Assembly (NCBI GenBank): GCA_964019335.1
Contig: OZ025687.1
Coordinates: 1-64,000 of the forward strand
Length of the DNA: 64,000 nt
Direction of reading: 5' to 3'
Source of the DNA: Diplonema japonicum
Lineage: Eukaryota > Protista > Euglenozoa: Diplonemea
Shown: piece after piece, positions 26,888 through 38,600 of the stretch
Position numbering within the stretch: the first letter of the stretch is position 1
How the letters are laid out: every line of letters starts with the position of its first letter
Made by a program: the position numbers and the translations under genes
The notes under the pieces: model-generated
Told to the model about the DNA's origin: nothing
What the model saw: only the letters and a program-made list of their open reading frames with translations
The model's database searches: none

Positions 26888-27963
26888 TTAACCTTGCGTG
26901 CCGTGGTCACGTGAATTAGGACTCAATATTCTTGAAATGATCCTTGATATTTGGTGCTGTGTCAGGGTGCTCCACAAGGAGGTGCCCTTCGAACCTCGAC
27001 TCGATGTCTGCCCCGTAGTCAAGGAGCAGTTGCAAGATGTCAACCTGAATGATGTTGCGTGCCGTGGTTGCATACCTGAGATATACTCATGAAAATCACA
27101 GGCATGCCATTGCCTTGTCTCCTCCGGTTAGGATCGGCCCCTGACTCGAGAAGGAGTCGTATAATGGAAATGGAATCACACATCACAGCCCAGAACAGTG
27201 GCGTCATGCCCGAGCGCATCACTTGATTTACATCGATGGAGTTCGATGTTAAGCAGTGCATCACATTCTCCTCGTTACCCGACTCGATGGCCTCGAAGAT
27301 GTCGCTGTCTGTGTTAATCATGCTGTAGCTTGTGTCTGCTTCGTAAAAGTCAACGCTCCTGTGGAACCAGAGCCCCATCTTTCTTTGTGACGCATCTTCA
27401 GCATCTGACTCGGAGTCCGAGTCCCTCCCTTGATCTGTTCTGCTAAGCCGCTTCGCATGCTCTCCACTCATAATAGAGGGTTCCACAGCTTTCTTTTTCG
27501 TCAGTTTGCTTTTTCCCGTGGGGCTGTTCGGCCTCACCCTACCGTAGAGGGCATTGTGTGACAACAGCGTTGGGAAGATGGGGTTCACATTCTCATTGAG
27601 ATCCACTTCTTGCTTAACGGCCATCCATAACCTGAATAGCTCCCTTTTCGGGAACGACTTCGGGTTAGGGACGACTGTGAGAAGCTGCAAAGCAATTTCG
27701 CGATGTGTTTGGGGGCTGGCCTTTTCATTTTCCGTTAAGTACACCCAGTCACCGTTCTGCAGACCCACGTCAAGATAGTCAAGGGCGTTTTGCTCATTCT
27801 TTGGACAGTCCATGGCAATGTGCCATACTGAGCACCCTTTTTGCTTGGCTAAGGCCTCGATACTGTTCAAAGGATCGCCGTCAGCAAGACTGCAGATGAG
27901 CGGCATACGACATTCCGAGTTTTCATAAAGCCGCTGAATGTGCGGAAGCACAGATTTCGACAT
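26888..27963 (-). CDS. Dynein heavy chain AAA6/D6-like domain fused to ankyrin repeats (intron ~27041-27075)
   Basis: PLICSLADGDP...A..LDVGLQNGDWVYL...FRLWM resembles the dynein D6 region; GMTPLFWAV..LLESGADPN ankyrin. Confidence 0.7.
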
Positions 27964-28023
27964 TTTTACTGCATGTGATAGGAATAGGCAGTCTGTTAGT
28001 GACCTAAAAACAATGCTTGCAAG

Positions 28024-29772
28024 TTATTGAACAGAACAACACGACACTGACGAGTGCTCCGGCAAAGGATCACTGCAGATCGATATTCTTATGCGCACCT
28101 CACCATGTACGTCTGTAGTGGTTGTTCATGCTTCGTGTATACCTTTCCCAACAATGGGATGCCACTCGTCGTAGTCTGATGTCTTCAGGGTTTCCCATAA
28201 GGTTAATACACCGCTTTTTGGCAAGAAAAGTGGTATGTCAACAACGCCCACTAGACACCAGTCGATCACCATCACTCGTATGGTGTCTACGGCGGTGGCC
28301 CCAAGCGAGATCACATCGTCCCACGTGGGGTGCTCCCTGTCAGTTGTCAGTTTCGTCTTCTGACGCATGGCCCTTTCTCCGGCATAGTCCTTCAACCAAA
28401 CTTGGCAGTGACAGTTGAATATCTCATCGTGGGGTCGAAGCCCTCTACCTTCGGTAATGGCTACATGTAAATGTACCCTTTTGGATAGCACTTCTCTGAA
28501 AGCGTCCCAGTCACTCGTCATCACACCTACCTTCTCCGTGCAGTACGGGTATGGGGTTTCGTTCAGGAAGTAAGACGAACACCTCGCAAGCGGAATGATC
28601 TCATCAGGAACGACAATATTCAACTGCGTCATCGTGTCGCCTAGCATCTTGCAGGACCACGCCCCTGCTTTGCTGGTGTCGCGGTACACAACAGAGAACA
28701 GGGTCGCGGACACCTCCTTGTTTAACTTCGAGATATTGAGTCTACACAACTCCTTCCGGTCGTCGGAATTGTGTGTCTTTCCCTTCCCTACCATTTTTTT
28801 CTTCGCGATGTGCACCAATCTGCAGTACCCACCAGTTGCACCACCAAGCTTGTTCGAAGACCACAAGTTCTCTTTTCCGTTGTACGTTACTATGAAGTAG
28901 ATAGCATGTATCTTGCTGCCCACACTGTCAAGCTTGATGTGTATATTCTCCCTGTCACCTTGGCCTTCAAAAGCGTTGTCGCCCGAGTGCTGGCAAGACT
29001 TGTCGCCTGACATCTGCTTCTTCTTGGCTGATACGTGGTCTAGGTAATTCCCGTACTCGTCAAGCATCATGGCGGAGGCATCAAGGTCCCAGTCGTCTTT
29101 TGACCATCCAAGACCCATCATAAGGTGCTTCAGGTCGTAGGGGATCTGTGCCACGTCGCCTTTCTTCATTGCATAGTTGAAGTTCAGCGTTGCGGCTTCT
29201 TTGACCTGCACATTTAGCTGCGCCTGCATCTTTGCAAGTAGTTTCATTTCTCCCACGCTGTGGCCTTCAGCTGCGATATTCAAAGACCGCAACTCCCAGT
29301 CAGAAGTGTCCGGTATTCTCTTCATGTGACACAGGATGACGGCTGTGTGATCGTTGCTCAGTGTGACAGGTATCCGACAGGCCTCCTCTTCAGTGTTGAT
29401 GTCGGTCACGACGCACAAGATAGACGACACGTTGCTGAGAGAGCTGCCTGTATTGTGGCATGTCACAACGAGTACAAGGTGCTCTACTGTGTTCGGTGCG
29501 TTCGAGAACATGATCTGTATAGCTTCGTCATCATCGTCCCCCTCACCAGTTGTGTTGTCACCCGTGTGCAGCATCCACTTCCCTTTTGTCACAAGATTAT
29601 TGTAGAAGACTACCTCACCGGGGTTTCCCGTACTGTCGAAGCTCACGCAGCTCGCATCCAGATCAATCGGCTCATTCCCAACAAAGTCCCACCGCAGACC
29701 GAAGTTCAACTCCCTCTGCCCATCGATGAATAGGGGTTCCTGACTGATGTCCATTCCTTGGGCGTCCTGCAT
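28024..29772 (-). CDS. Tandem TerD domains + C2 domain + CaaX (intron 28113-28142)
   Basis: GLRWD..DLDASC..HTGDNTTGEGDDDDEAI and GLGW..DLDASA..HSGDN..G.GDRE.I; C2-like VAITEGRGL..KT...PTWD; spliced C-terminus GEVRIRI...CCSVQ*. Confidence 0.85.
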
Positions 29773-29893
29773 GTATCATTGGACCTGTGATAGCTGCAGA
29801 GCTGCTCAAAGCTACTAAATAGACTACTAACCTTCAGTTTTCTTTTTCTTATTCCCACTTGCGCCATCGTCGTGCTTTTTCTATTTAGTTGTT

Positions 29894-30433
29894 TTATTCG
29901 TTGTATACCTTGCATACCTTCGACCCAACCTCTGGCAGCAATGATGCGATGGACAGGCCCACGGACGCCTTGGCGCCTTGTTGTACTGCTTCAGGCAGCA
30001 CAACGGGGGTTTTTTCCTCAGCTGGTACGGTGTTGATGTGCTGCAGACCTGCAGAAATCTCGCCTCCCTCTTCTTCTTCATCCTCAGGTATGGGCTCACA
30101 AGGTTGATGTGCTGCAGCAACGTCAGCTGCTGTAATCTTCATAGTGTGCACTTCAAGAGGTGCATAGGGACCCCCTAGCTCCGTTATGTACCTCGTACCT
30201 ATCCCAAACTCCTCCCACGGGTTTGTCAGTATGCTCTTCACAAACCCAGGCTCCTCATACCACCTCGCACCACCAGCGTCTTCCCCTCGTGAGCCCTTCC
30301 ACCCTTTCCTTCCTTTTTTGCCCTTCTTCCCCTTGCCTCCCTTCTTTGAGCTGTTGTCATTTCGGTTAGCATTGAAGCTCCTGTCCCTCTCACCCGTAAA
30401 TTGAAGGAACTGCCCTACACCTGAGTCCAACAT
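29894..30433 (-). CDS. Hypothetical protein (KG-rich)
   Basis: 179-aa ORF on the cluster strand; no domain recognised. Confidence 0.55.
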   Translation of the reverse strand: MLDSGVGQFLQFTGERDRSFNANRNDNSSKKGGKGKKGKKGRKGWKGSRGEDAGGARWYEEPGFVKSILTNPWEEFGIGTRYITELGGPYAPLEVHTMKITAADVAAAHQPCEPIPEDEEEEGGEISAGLQHINTVPAEEKTPVVLPEAVQQGAKASVGLSIASLLPEVGSKVCKVYNE

Positions 30434-30517
30434 CTTGCTGTCTCCTACGGTGGGTGTTCACAGAAATGTCAAATAATATGAAGGAGTAAAACTAAAAAGA
30501 ACTGGAATTGGGTTAGG

Positions 30518-31862
30518 TCAGCCTTCGTCCATTGTGAGGAGGGTGCGTGACTGCCACTCGAGCTGTGTTTTCCATTGTGGGAGCCACGCGCTTAGCGACG
30601 ATGCGTCTGATCGTTTCATCCACCACAACGCTGCCTGCTGCTTGTCAGGAAGTGCTTGCATGAATATATCGCCTGTTGACGCCAGTAAGACCGCCGTCAC
30701 GTTCAGCAAGTCTTCGGAGGAACCAATTCCTGTGCCTACGGTTACAACGTGATTATGTATCTTAGTCTGCGTTACCGAGCGACGCAGCATTTCATCAACC
30801 CCCAAGGGCACATGTGCGGTCTCAAAGCTCTCCCTGAGCACCTTTACAAGCCTCTCGACGGTGTCTTCAGCTTCCCTTTGGAAAATGCAATAACCCTTCA
30901 TTGATGCATAAAGCTTGCTAAGGGGGACCCAGTAAGGCGCTGTGTTCCTCCGATCTACATCTAGAATAAGGACCGAATCGGTCTCGGGGTGGTATCCCGC
31001 TATCGGCGAGTAGTTGACGGGCCTGTCATGGGGCTCGCCGAATAGCTGCGTTTTATCAAAAGACGTCACAAGAAATGAGCTAACAGAAGACACGCAGTAC
31101 TGTATGTGTACACGAAAGGCAGCCAAGTCAGCGGTGGCGGGTGTGAATGTGGAAACGCTGCAGTCATTCTCATGCAACAATGCACGGCGTGACAAGCAGC
31201 TGAATTTACTGAAGGTCCCATGCGAACAGTTCATCTTCGACGACAGCATGTCAGCAGAGAACCAGCGCCAAACTCCTTTCCACACAGGGGTGTCCACCAC
31301 GGAAGACTTCAGAGGATCAATCCGTAGTGCGTTGAGGATCATGGAAAGGCACACCTCGCCATTTGCCTCACCTGCGCCCTCTGTCTGGTACTGCTCAGAA
31401 AGCCTGAAATAGCTTTCGTGATAGCCTTCGTTGAGTGCTTCGGCGAACATGCGCTTCCCCTTCATACTTGAAAAGCTCACGATGTCAGAAGGAGAGCGCG
31501 CGGGAAGCGAGCTTTGAAACCTCCTCTGAGAAAAGAGCGGCCTCATCTTTGTCGCAGGCAAAGACAGCGGCGTACTGTCCTGCTCCAGCCCGAGCGTCGT
31601 CGACAGTTTAACCACAGTACTTGAAGGAGACGGCACCTTCACAGTGCTGTCAAGTGTCATGGCCTTCTTCCCCTTCTTCAACGGGACCTTCGATCTGGGC
31701 TTAGGCTCTGTTGCGAGATCCTCAATATCAAAGACACCTGATGCGTTATGAGAAACAAACAGCATACCTGCATGTTGAGCGTACAGCGGGCAGCGGCGGC
31801 ACAAACTATACTCGGCACCGCAACATACCTTTGTAAGCCCTGCAGAGCAGAGATTAAGCATG
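30518..31862 (-). CDS. Phytochelatin synthase-like protein, catalytic Cys/His apparently lost; start uncertain
   Basis: FSSMKGKRMFAEAL, YFRLSEQYQT, LSMILNALRIDP, WKGVWRWF, YSPIAGYHPETDSVLILDV.R...PYWVPL..LY.SM. Confidence 0.85.
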
Positions 31863-31928
31863 TTCCCCACCTGTAGATCTTGCTGGAGTAAAAAGAAAGG
31901 TGTAAAAAAACAAATAAGAATCTTACTA

Positions 31929-32324
31929 TTAATCAAGCATTGCTTCATAGGTGCTGGCAATGTCCTTGTTTCCATTCTTGTCAGCAAGGGCAGTCACTGT
32001 TAGACCGTCGTTGTTCTTGATGGTTATATCAGCGGAAGCTTGAGATAACGCCATCATGCAACTGCACTGCTTCACGTAGCCAGACATAGACATCACTACG
32101 TAATGTGCTGCTGTGTTCCCTGTGTGCTCGTCAATTGCATTCACCACAGCACCTGCCTCTATCAGCAACGGGAGGACTTCCTTCCTGCAATAGTACCCTG
32201 CAGTCATCAACGGCGTCTTGCCGCATACCGTTCTCTCGTTCACACATCCCTTCTCAATGCACCGCAACACCTCCTCAGTGTCGCCATCCCTTATCGCTCT
32301 GTGTATTGGCGGTAACTCAAGCAT
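31929..32324 (-). CDS. Ankyrin repeat protein
   Basis: PIHRAI, GKTPLMTA, GNTAAHY, GLTVTALA repeats. Confidence 0.9.
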   Translation of the reverse strand: MLELPPIHRAIRDGDTEEVLRCIEKGCVNERTVCGKTPLMTAGYYCRKEVLPLLIEAGAVVNAIDEHTGNTAAHYVVMSMSGYVKQCSCMMALSQASADITIKNNDGLTVTALADKNGNKDIASTYEAMLD

Positions 32325-32520
32325 TTTACCTGTTGGTGTTTAAGTAAGTGGGAAAACAGTTAATAAAACTGACGAGTACCACGGAGGAGAAGAAAAAAAT
32401 GGTAAATGAGGCATAACACGCTGGTGATCAACAAGAAGTCCTTCATGTACTAAGATTTGAAAAGGTTTTTCGATAAGTACGGGCTCCAAGTGTCAAACAC
32501 AATGACAAATAGCATAACAG

Positions 32521-34689
32521 CTATTGAAAGAGAGAGTTTGTGGCCTCGTCTTTGTCATACTGGCGCCACCACACATCACCGTCGTCCCACGTTACGCAGT
32601 TTCCCTCAGGACCGGTGGTGTTCGCACCTAGCATATAAACACCGTCCGTCCACGCTGGTGCAGCCATCGTGTAAGCGTATTCCGTCATGTTTCCGCATCG
32701 TACCTTCGCTCCCTTCACTTCCCACACCAGGCCACGCATGTCCCTCCAAGTGCCTTGCATCTTGTCAACAATCTCTTTCCCAGGTATGGGTATTGGCCCC
32801 TCGGGGTCACGTCTCTCTTCGCGTCGTTTCCAGAAGGGGTCGTGGCACAGGATGGACGATAACGCCGTGCGGTGCGATGTCCTGTGGTGAGGTGGCGCAG
32901 CGCTCGTGGCTGCCTTGGCATCAGCCTTTGCCAAAGCCGTCATGCAGTAGAGCAGCTGCTGCTGTATCAAGGTTACTCTTGTGCAGTTCTCGGCAAGGTT
33001 CCAACCGGGTACAGGCGACAAGACAGCAGGAGCGTTTGAAGGTTGAAGCTTCGACAGTGGCTCGTGGGTTGAGGGGTCCACTGCGAAGTTTACAAAGTCA
33101 AACTCCGACCCATAGTATCGGAGGAAGCAGCGCACAGCACGCTCGCCGTTCATCGTTCTGTTAGCACGGAAGGCATCACTCATGTCTTTCATGGCCTTCT
33201 TCTTCTTCTTATTAGAAGGGACGAACTGGCTGTTCCTGATCCTTCGACAGACGTGAATGACCATCATCATTAAAGCATCTGAGCTTAGGCCACCAAGTGA
33301 CTCGTCAGTGTATCGAGGGCGCAACACACACCTCAGAACCGTGTATGCAGTGGCAGCGCCAGGTGCAAACTCTGCCAGCCACTGCTTTACAACGTACACA
33401 CACTTACGAGCTGCAGCCCCGAGACCGCCCAGCAGAAGTTCGATTTGAGTCTTACATGGAGAGAGACCGACTACTTTCTGATGCCCCGCTGCAACTGTCA
33501 CAAGTGTGTGCCCTGCCTTTTCTAAGATCTTTGCAGCAAGGCTAGAATCGTCCATGTCCACGGCTAGCTGCAGAGCGTCGCCGCCTACTGTCAGCCCGTA
33601 CGCATCAGGCCCGACAAGCTTCACCGTGGCACCTGTGCACAACAGATCTACAGCTTCCTGAACACCAGACCGGAGGGCAAGCCTTCTTGCAAGCTCTTGC
33701 GGTACAGGAAGCACAAAGGCTGCAAAGTCAGCCAATTCTTCTTCGAGTGATATTTGTGAGGCATCAACACCTTCTGTATACCAAGGCGTGATAGTGTAGG
33801 GGCCCTCTGTCTTAGTTTTAAGAAAGTGGCCGCCCTTGGGGACAGAAACAATTTCAGGGGGTGATGGCGGTCTTGTGTTGTGGCAAGGGAGTGGGTTAGT
33901 GTTTTTCAACTCGTTCGGCAAGTCGTCCCACGACAAGCACCCAGGGGCATTCAAATGCTCGATAGACAGCTCCCTAATAAGGACCTCGCGAGAGTTAACA
34001 CAATGCAAGGGAACTGCTTCAGTGAGCTTTCCGACGTCGACAAACTTCAGCATGCCTCTGATTCGGTGCTCGATGCGTGCGGGTGCAGGATAGATCACGA
34101 CCTTCAACACCCTCCCCGGGTAGTGCTGCCCCAGGAAGAGAGTGCATCGCTGAATGAACGCGATGGGCGGGCGCTTGACCCCTTTGATGTTAAGGAGGAT
34201 AATGAGGTCCTCCGGCATGTCGGGTGCAAGGTTGAGAAGAGCCTGCTCCCAGACGTAAAAAAAGCCGCACATCTGTTCAAGAAGGCGGGGGGCGCCATAA
34301 CAGCGGGGGGGCGTGGATCTCCAAGGTGCGGCCCGTTGACCAAGTTCAAGGTTTTTAACTGGGCAGTAAAATATGGTTCGCTTGTCTTTGTTCGGGAGTG
34401 GAATGAGGCTGAACCACTTCTTCGTTTCGAGAGCTTCTAAAATCTGCGGTAAGGCCGGCAGATCGATGGCACTCCCTATAGGCAGCGAGGTCTGACGCCA
34501 GGCTATGGTCTTCTTCAGCCGTGCGCCAGCCCCATGACTCCCATCGACACGAAACTTCGTTGCACGTAAAAATCTCAGCAACTCCTTCTCGTCGTACCCC
34601 TCAGGTATCCCATCTGTCTGCTTCAACAGTCCTAGAGCTAGCTTGTGTGCCTCGGGAAGGTTCTCAAGCTCGAGGACATCCATTTCCAA
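32521..34689 (-). CDS. CRAL-TRIO (Sec14) domain fused to a degenerate Trf4/PAPD5-like nucleotidyltransferase fold
   Basis: ELLRFLRATKF..WR and QHYPGR (Sec14); VKQWL, GGLSS.AL.MM, FLRYYG.EFDF, P...N.A (PAP-associated region). Confidence 0.75.
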   Translation of the reverse strand: MEMDVLELENLPEAHKLALGLLKQTDGIPEGYDEKELLRFLRATKFRVDGSHGAGARLKKTIAWRQTSLPIGSAIDLPALPQILEALETKKWFSLIPLPNKDKRTIFYCPVKNLELGQRAAPWRSTPPRCYGAPRLLEQMCGFFYVWEQALLNLAPDMPEDLIILLNIKGVKRPPIAFIQRCTLFLGQHYPGRVLKVVIYPAPARIEHRIRGMLKFVDVGKLTEAVPLHCVNSREVLIRELSIEHLNAPGCLSWDDLPNELKNTNPLPCHNTRPPSPPEIVSVPKGGHFLKTKTEGPYTITPWYTEGVDASQISLEEELADFAAFVLPVPQELARRLALRSGVQEAVDLLCTGATVKLVGPDAYGLTVGGDALQLAVDMDDSSLAAKILEKAGHTLVTVAAGHQKVVGLSPCKTQIELLLGGLGAAARKCVYVVKQWLAEFAPGAATAYTVLRCVLRPRYTDESLGGLSSDALMMMVIHVCRRIRNSQFVPSNKKKKKAMKDMSDAFRANRTMNGERAVRCFLRYYGSEFDFVNFAVDPSTHEPLSKLQPSNAPAVLSPVPGWNLAENCTRVTLIQQQLLYCMTALAKADAKAATSAAPPHHRTSHRTALSSILCHDPFWKRREERRDPEGPIPIPGKEIVDKMQGTWRDMRGLVWEVKGAKVRCGNMTEYAYTMAAPAWTDGVYMLGANTTGPEGNCVTWDDGDVWWRQYDKDEATNSLFQ

Positions 34690-35631
34690 ACCTGCGATTG
34701 TAAGTCAATGCGTAAAGGTTCAATAACATAGAGAATAGGCCTTTTAAAAGGGAAAAGGAGTTACCGAAATATGGCGGCTTTCTATACTTTCTTAACCAGT
34801 TAGAAACGAGCTGGCTTCTCCTACCCACGAGGCGGAAGAAAAAAGCCGATTCATACAGCTGTTGAAATGAAATCGTGAAGCTAACGAAGCGAGACGGGAC
34901 GCATTAGGTGTCCGTGCTCTTTGTCAGGTCTTCACGTTGACTTAACGAGGCCATGTGCTCACTTCTAACTGCTTAAAGGGAGGTGACGGGAGAGACAAAA
35001 AAAATATGAAAAAAGAAAACTATGAACAGAAGTAACGTGCCGTATCTCTATTAAAAATGGGACCCAATCTTCTTAGAAATACGTTTAAAAACCACCCGCC
35101 TGTGGCTGCACTGCCCCCTCGTATTCCTCCTCATGCTGAGGAAGACATGGAGAGGGCGACTAGTACATAAGGCAGGAAAGTCCAAAAATGGCCTTTATTG
35201 ACTAACCATAACTGATCTTTTTTTTTCTTTTTCTTTTTTCTTCTTGCAAGTGTATCCTTTTTTGTTTTTGTTTTTATTTATTTCTTTCGTGGATCACCTA
35301 ACCCCGCGAATCCACTTTTTTGACGGAAAAAAGAAAGAAGGGAAAAAAAAGGAACATTTAAGGGTAAGACACAGAAAAAGGATAAAAAAAAGGGGGGTTG
35401 TTAAAAAATGTAAAACAAAATAATAGTTTTGAAATTTGGCGGCTTTGGTCTTTTCGCTCCAAAACCAAATAAGAGGACAGGGCGGGGCGGTGCGTGGTGT
35501 GGCGATAGGTTATCCAAACCACATGAAATATAAAACAGAGGTTTAAAAAAAAAAGGAAAAGAAAAAATGTGTAAATAAATTAAAAGCGCACACACGGCAC
35601 GTGGTATGCCGACTGAAGACAATCTGCCTCG

Positions 35632-38600
35632 CTAACACGCTATTTCGTTAATACTCATCTCCGAGTCCGACTTCCCCTCGGCTTCAGTGCTGCATTTGTT
35701 GTCAGGACGCTTCCTTGTAGGAGACTCTATCCAGAGAGACTTCTCAGGTGCGCTGGGCCTCTTTGGGTGTGCATGCTTGATGCGTGGTTTCGGTCTGTTT
35801 ATAATGTTATTCGTATTTCGAACTGCCGCTTTTTCATACCTCTTCAAGCCCACCACAACAACGCGGGACGAAGCCCAAAGTCTTTTCAGGTCCTCCAAAG
35901 CGTGTATCTTGAGGTCAACTGGTCTGTGGTGCTCATTCAACTGCGCCACGTACAGTGCCGGATCGCACACTTGCTCAGCTGTCAACTGCAACAATACGAG
36001 CATTCTGCGTTAAAAGTTGTATTGGCAAGTAACACAGCATATACCTTGCTAGCACATCGCTCCACATCTCACCCTCGACAATCTTCACCTGGAAGGGCGC
36101 TGAGTGCACCTCTGTCATGGTGCGCCCCGTCCACGGATGGTACGACTCATGCAGGTTCAGCACATTAATAGTGACCTCCTCTCTCCCATCCATCATGGGA
36201 GGCAGCTTTGGCTTCGGGCGCAGCTCGAACTCCCTATCGAGTGACGCCATCATGGGAAATATGCACTGGGTGTAGTACGCACCTTTGATGATGTGGTTCT
36301 CTATCTCCAACAACACCAGATTGTCGTTGTCTTCTGAATAGGGAAAGTCTTCGTTCTCCCGCAGCGTCTCGATCAGCATGTCGATTGTGCTCTTGGCCAT
36401 CAGCACCAGCGTCTCGCTCATCAGCAGTTCGCCATTCTCTTTGCATAAGCTGATCTGTACCGTCGCGCGTTCCTCGCTCTCCTCCACCGTGAACCCCTTC
36501 AGCACGTCGTAGTACACATACGGGACCACCTCCCACCCTGCCGTTATCATCTCACGCATCGTTCGGTTCTCGCTCTTCTTCTCTGGCATATCTCTCGGCT
36601 CGCCGTACTCACCCTGCGTCCATAGCCTTATGTAGTCAGGGTCTTCGCCAATGCGCTCTCCGATAATCTCCACGATGTCCACGTACCTGAGCCCTCCAGG
36701 CAGTGTCAACTCTACGCAGGGCACATCCTTGTCAAATCTATCGAAGAAAACCTTCACCTGGTCGGCCAGGTACTCGTAATAAGACAGAGCAGTCGGGTGC
36801 CCATACTGCTCCATGCTTTTGTTAAAGACTTGGAATGTTATGATGTTCCCATGCGTGATGCCTTGCTCCTTGAATGTCTGGTCCACGCTGTCGATGGGGT
36901 ACACCCTCTTGCACGAAGCCTCGTCAAAGTACAGCACTTCATCACCTTCCTCGAGTGTCAGACCTGCCAGCTGCAGGACGACGGGCTCTAAGGACTTAAC
37001 GAGCTTCTGCTGATGCACTACTTGGCTGCCCATAAAAGTAAGATGACCATCTTTTGGGTCGTAGTACTTGAGCATCACTAGGAAATATGAGGAAGGGTGG
37101 AAGGGCGCTAGCACCTTAGACGTCATATCTCCGGCGGGGGGCGGGGGGGGAGGGTCCACCCAGACCTCCGCCAGCCCCACAGACAAGGCCCTATTCCTTG
37201 CCCAAGCACCTCTATCCAGTGTACACGGATAGCCGGCCTTGCGTGTGTCGTAGTTGTACTGGTACTCGTACACTGGAGAGTCTCCGCTGAGTGGCTCATT
37301 CGTTGAGACAGGAGGTGGCGACGGATAGTCAGAATTATCCTTGCTGAGCACGACCCTGTCCGCAATGACATGGTCGTACTCAACCTGCAACTTCATAGGC
37401 CTCCTAAGGATATTCCGCGGGTTGAACAGTGACTGTCTGTCTGCCTTGTAGTCAGATACTTTGCAGTCACCACGGAACAACTGTAGGTTGACATTCTGGA
37501 AGCGGTGTGCGAATTTCGGATCATTTCTATTGTACATGACAACCTTGTTGATGGCAGAAAGAGATGGGAGTTTCAGCGTCAGCTTCGGGCTGGGGTCGTC
37601 GGAGGCAGTTTGGGAGAATAGCCTTCGCTCACCTCGTATGGCGTGTATGGCTGGATGAGAGACGCCCTTCTTGGGCTGCCTGTAGGTTGATGACTGGAAC
37701 ACCTTCGTGTGCGGGGCAATGTTGATGCCGCATGGGCCGAACAGGTGCAGCGATGGTATCAGGACCTGGGGATCCTCAAGGAATACATAAAAGGAATATA
37801 ATTCGTCTGCAGGCATAAAGTGTCCCCACCTCTCAGACAACGTGGTTTCGTCACTGTCGCTTGGCGACAGCACAGGAGCATCCCAAATGGTACTGCATTT
37901 TGCCGCAAAAATGGCCCAGCTCCACAGCCGCTGCTGGTCGGGCTTTATCCCACTATACTCGTAGAGCTCCTCGCGAAGCTGCTTTACTGTGGCTACCTTC
38001 TCAAAACAAAAGGAGGAATCACTCACCAATGGGAACCTGAACAGTTCTACTTGCTTCACATCAACTGCATTATTAATATCGCAAGGCCGAGCGACGTGTA
38101 CAAGCACCTGTTTCGAGGCTTTCAACCTCAAGATCTCTTCTTCTAATGTGTTTGCGACTATCTCTTCATATGCCTCAACGACACCCTGCGGCACTTTCAG
38201 TTGTGGTTCCTTGAAAATCTTCTCAAAGCAACTCTTTCGCGTGTAAATCAGAATGTAAGAGGTGGCAGTTGCCACTTGCTCCACGCCCCACCCGTTCACC
38301 CACGTCTTTCCTCCGTAAGCGGCATCGAACACTTTGTCTGTCCCCACGTTCCTCACCACTGCGTCGTTGAACTCGTACCATCTGTCGTCCATGTCAGGCC
38401 TGATGTACGCATAGTAGTGCCCTGCCCTCGGACCACCGCTGTGCACTATCACGCTCTGTATTTCGTAGATAGCAGGGCTACCCTTCTCGTACAGCGGATT
38501 ACCCTCGTTCGACTTGTCGTCATCAGGGAGCCCCGCCTCGAACTCCGTGAGGTCTAATGTCTCAGGGTACTCGAACCTGTCGTACAATTTGCGCTGGTCG

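Noticed and set aside
28024-31862. TerD and phytochelatin synthase as a metal-resistance operon
   Set aside because: The PCS looks catalytically dead, an unrelated gene intervenes, and neighbours in such clusters are generally functionally unrelated.
34700-35630. Possible tRNA/snoRNA in the long intergenic region (also 41780-42280)
   Set aside because: No cloverleaf or convincing C/D or H/ACA box pair recognised by eye; needs tRNAscan/Infernal.
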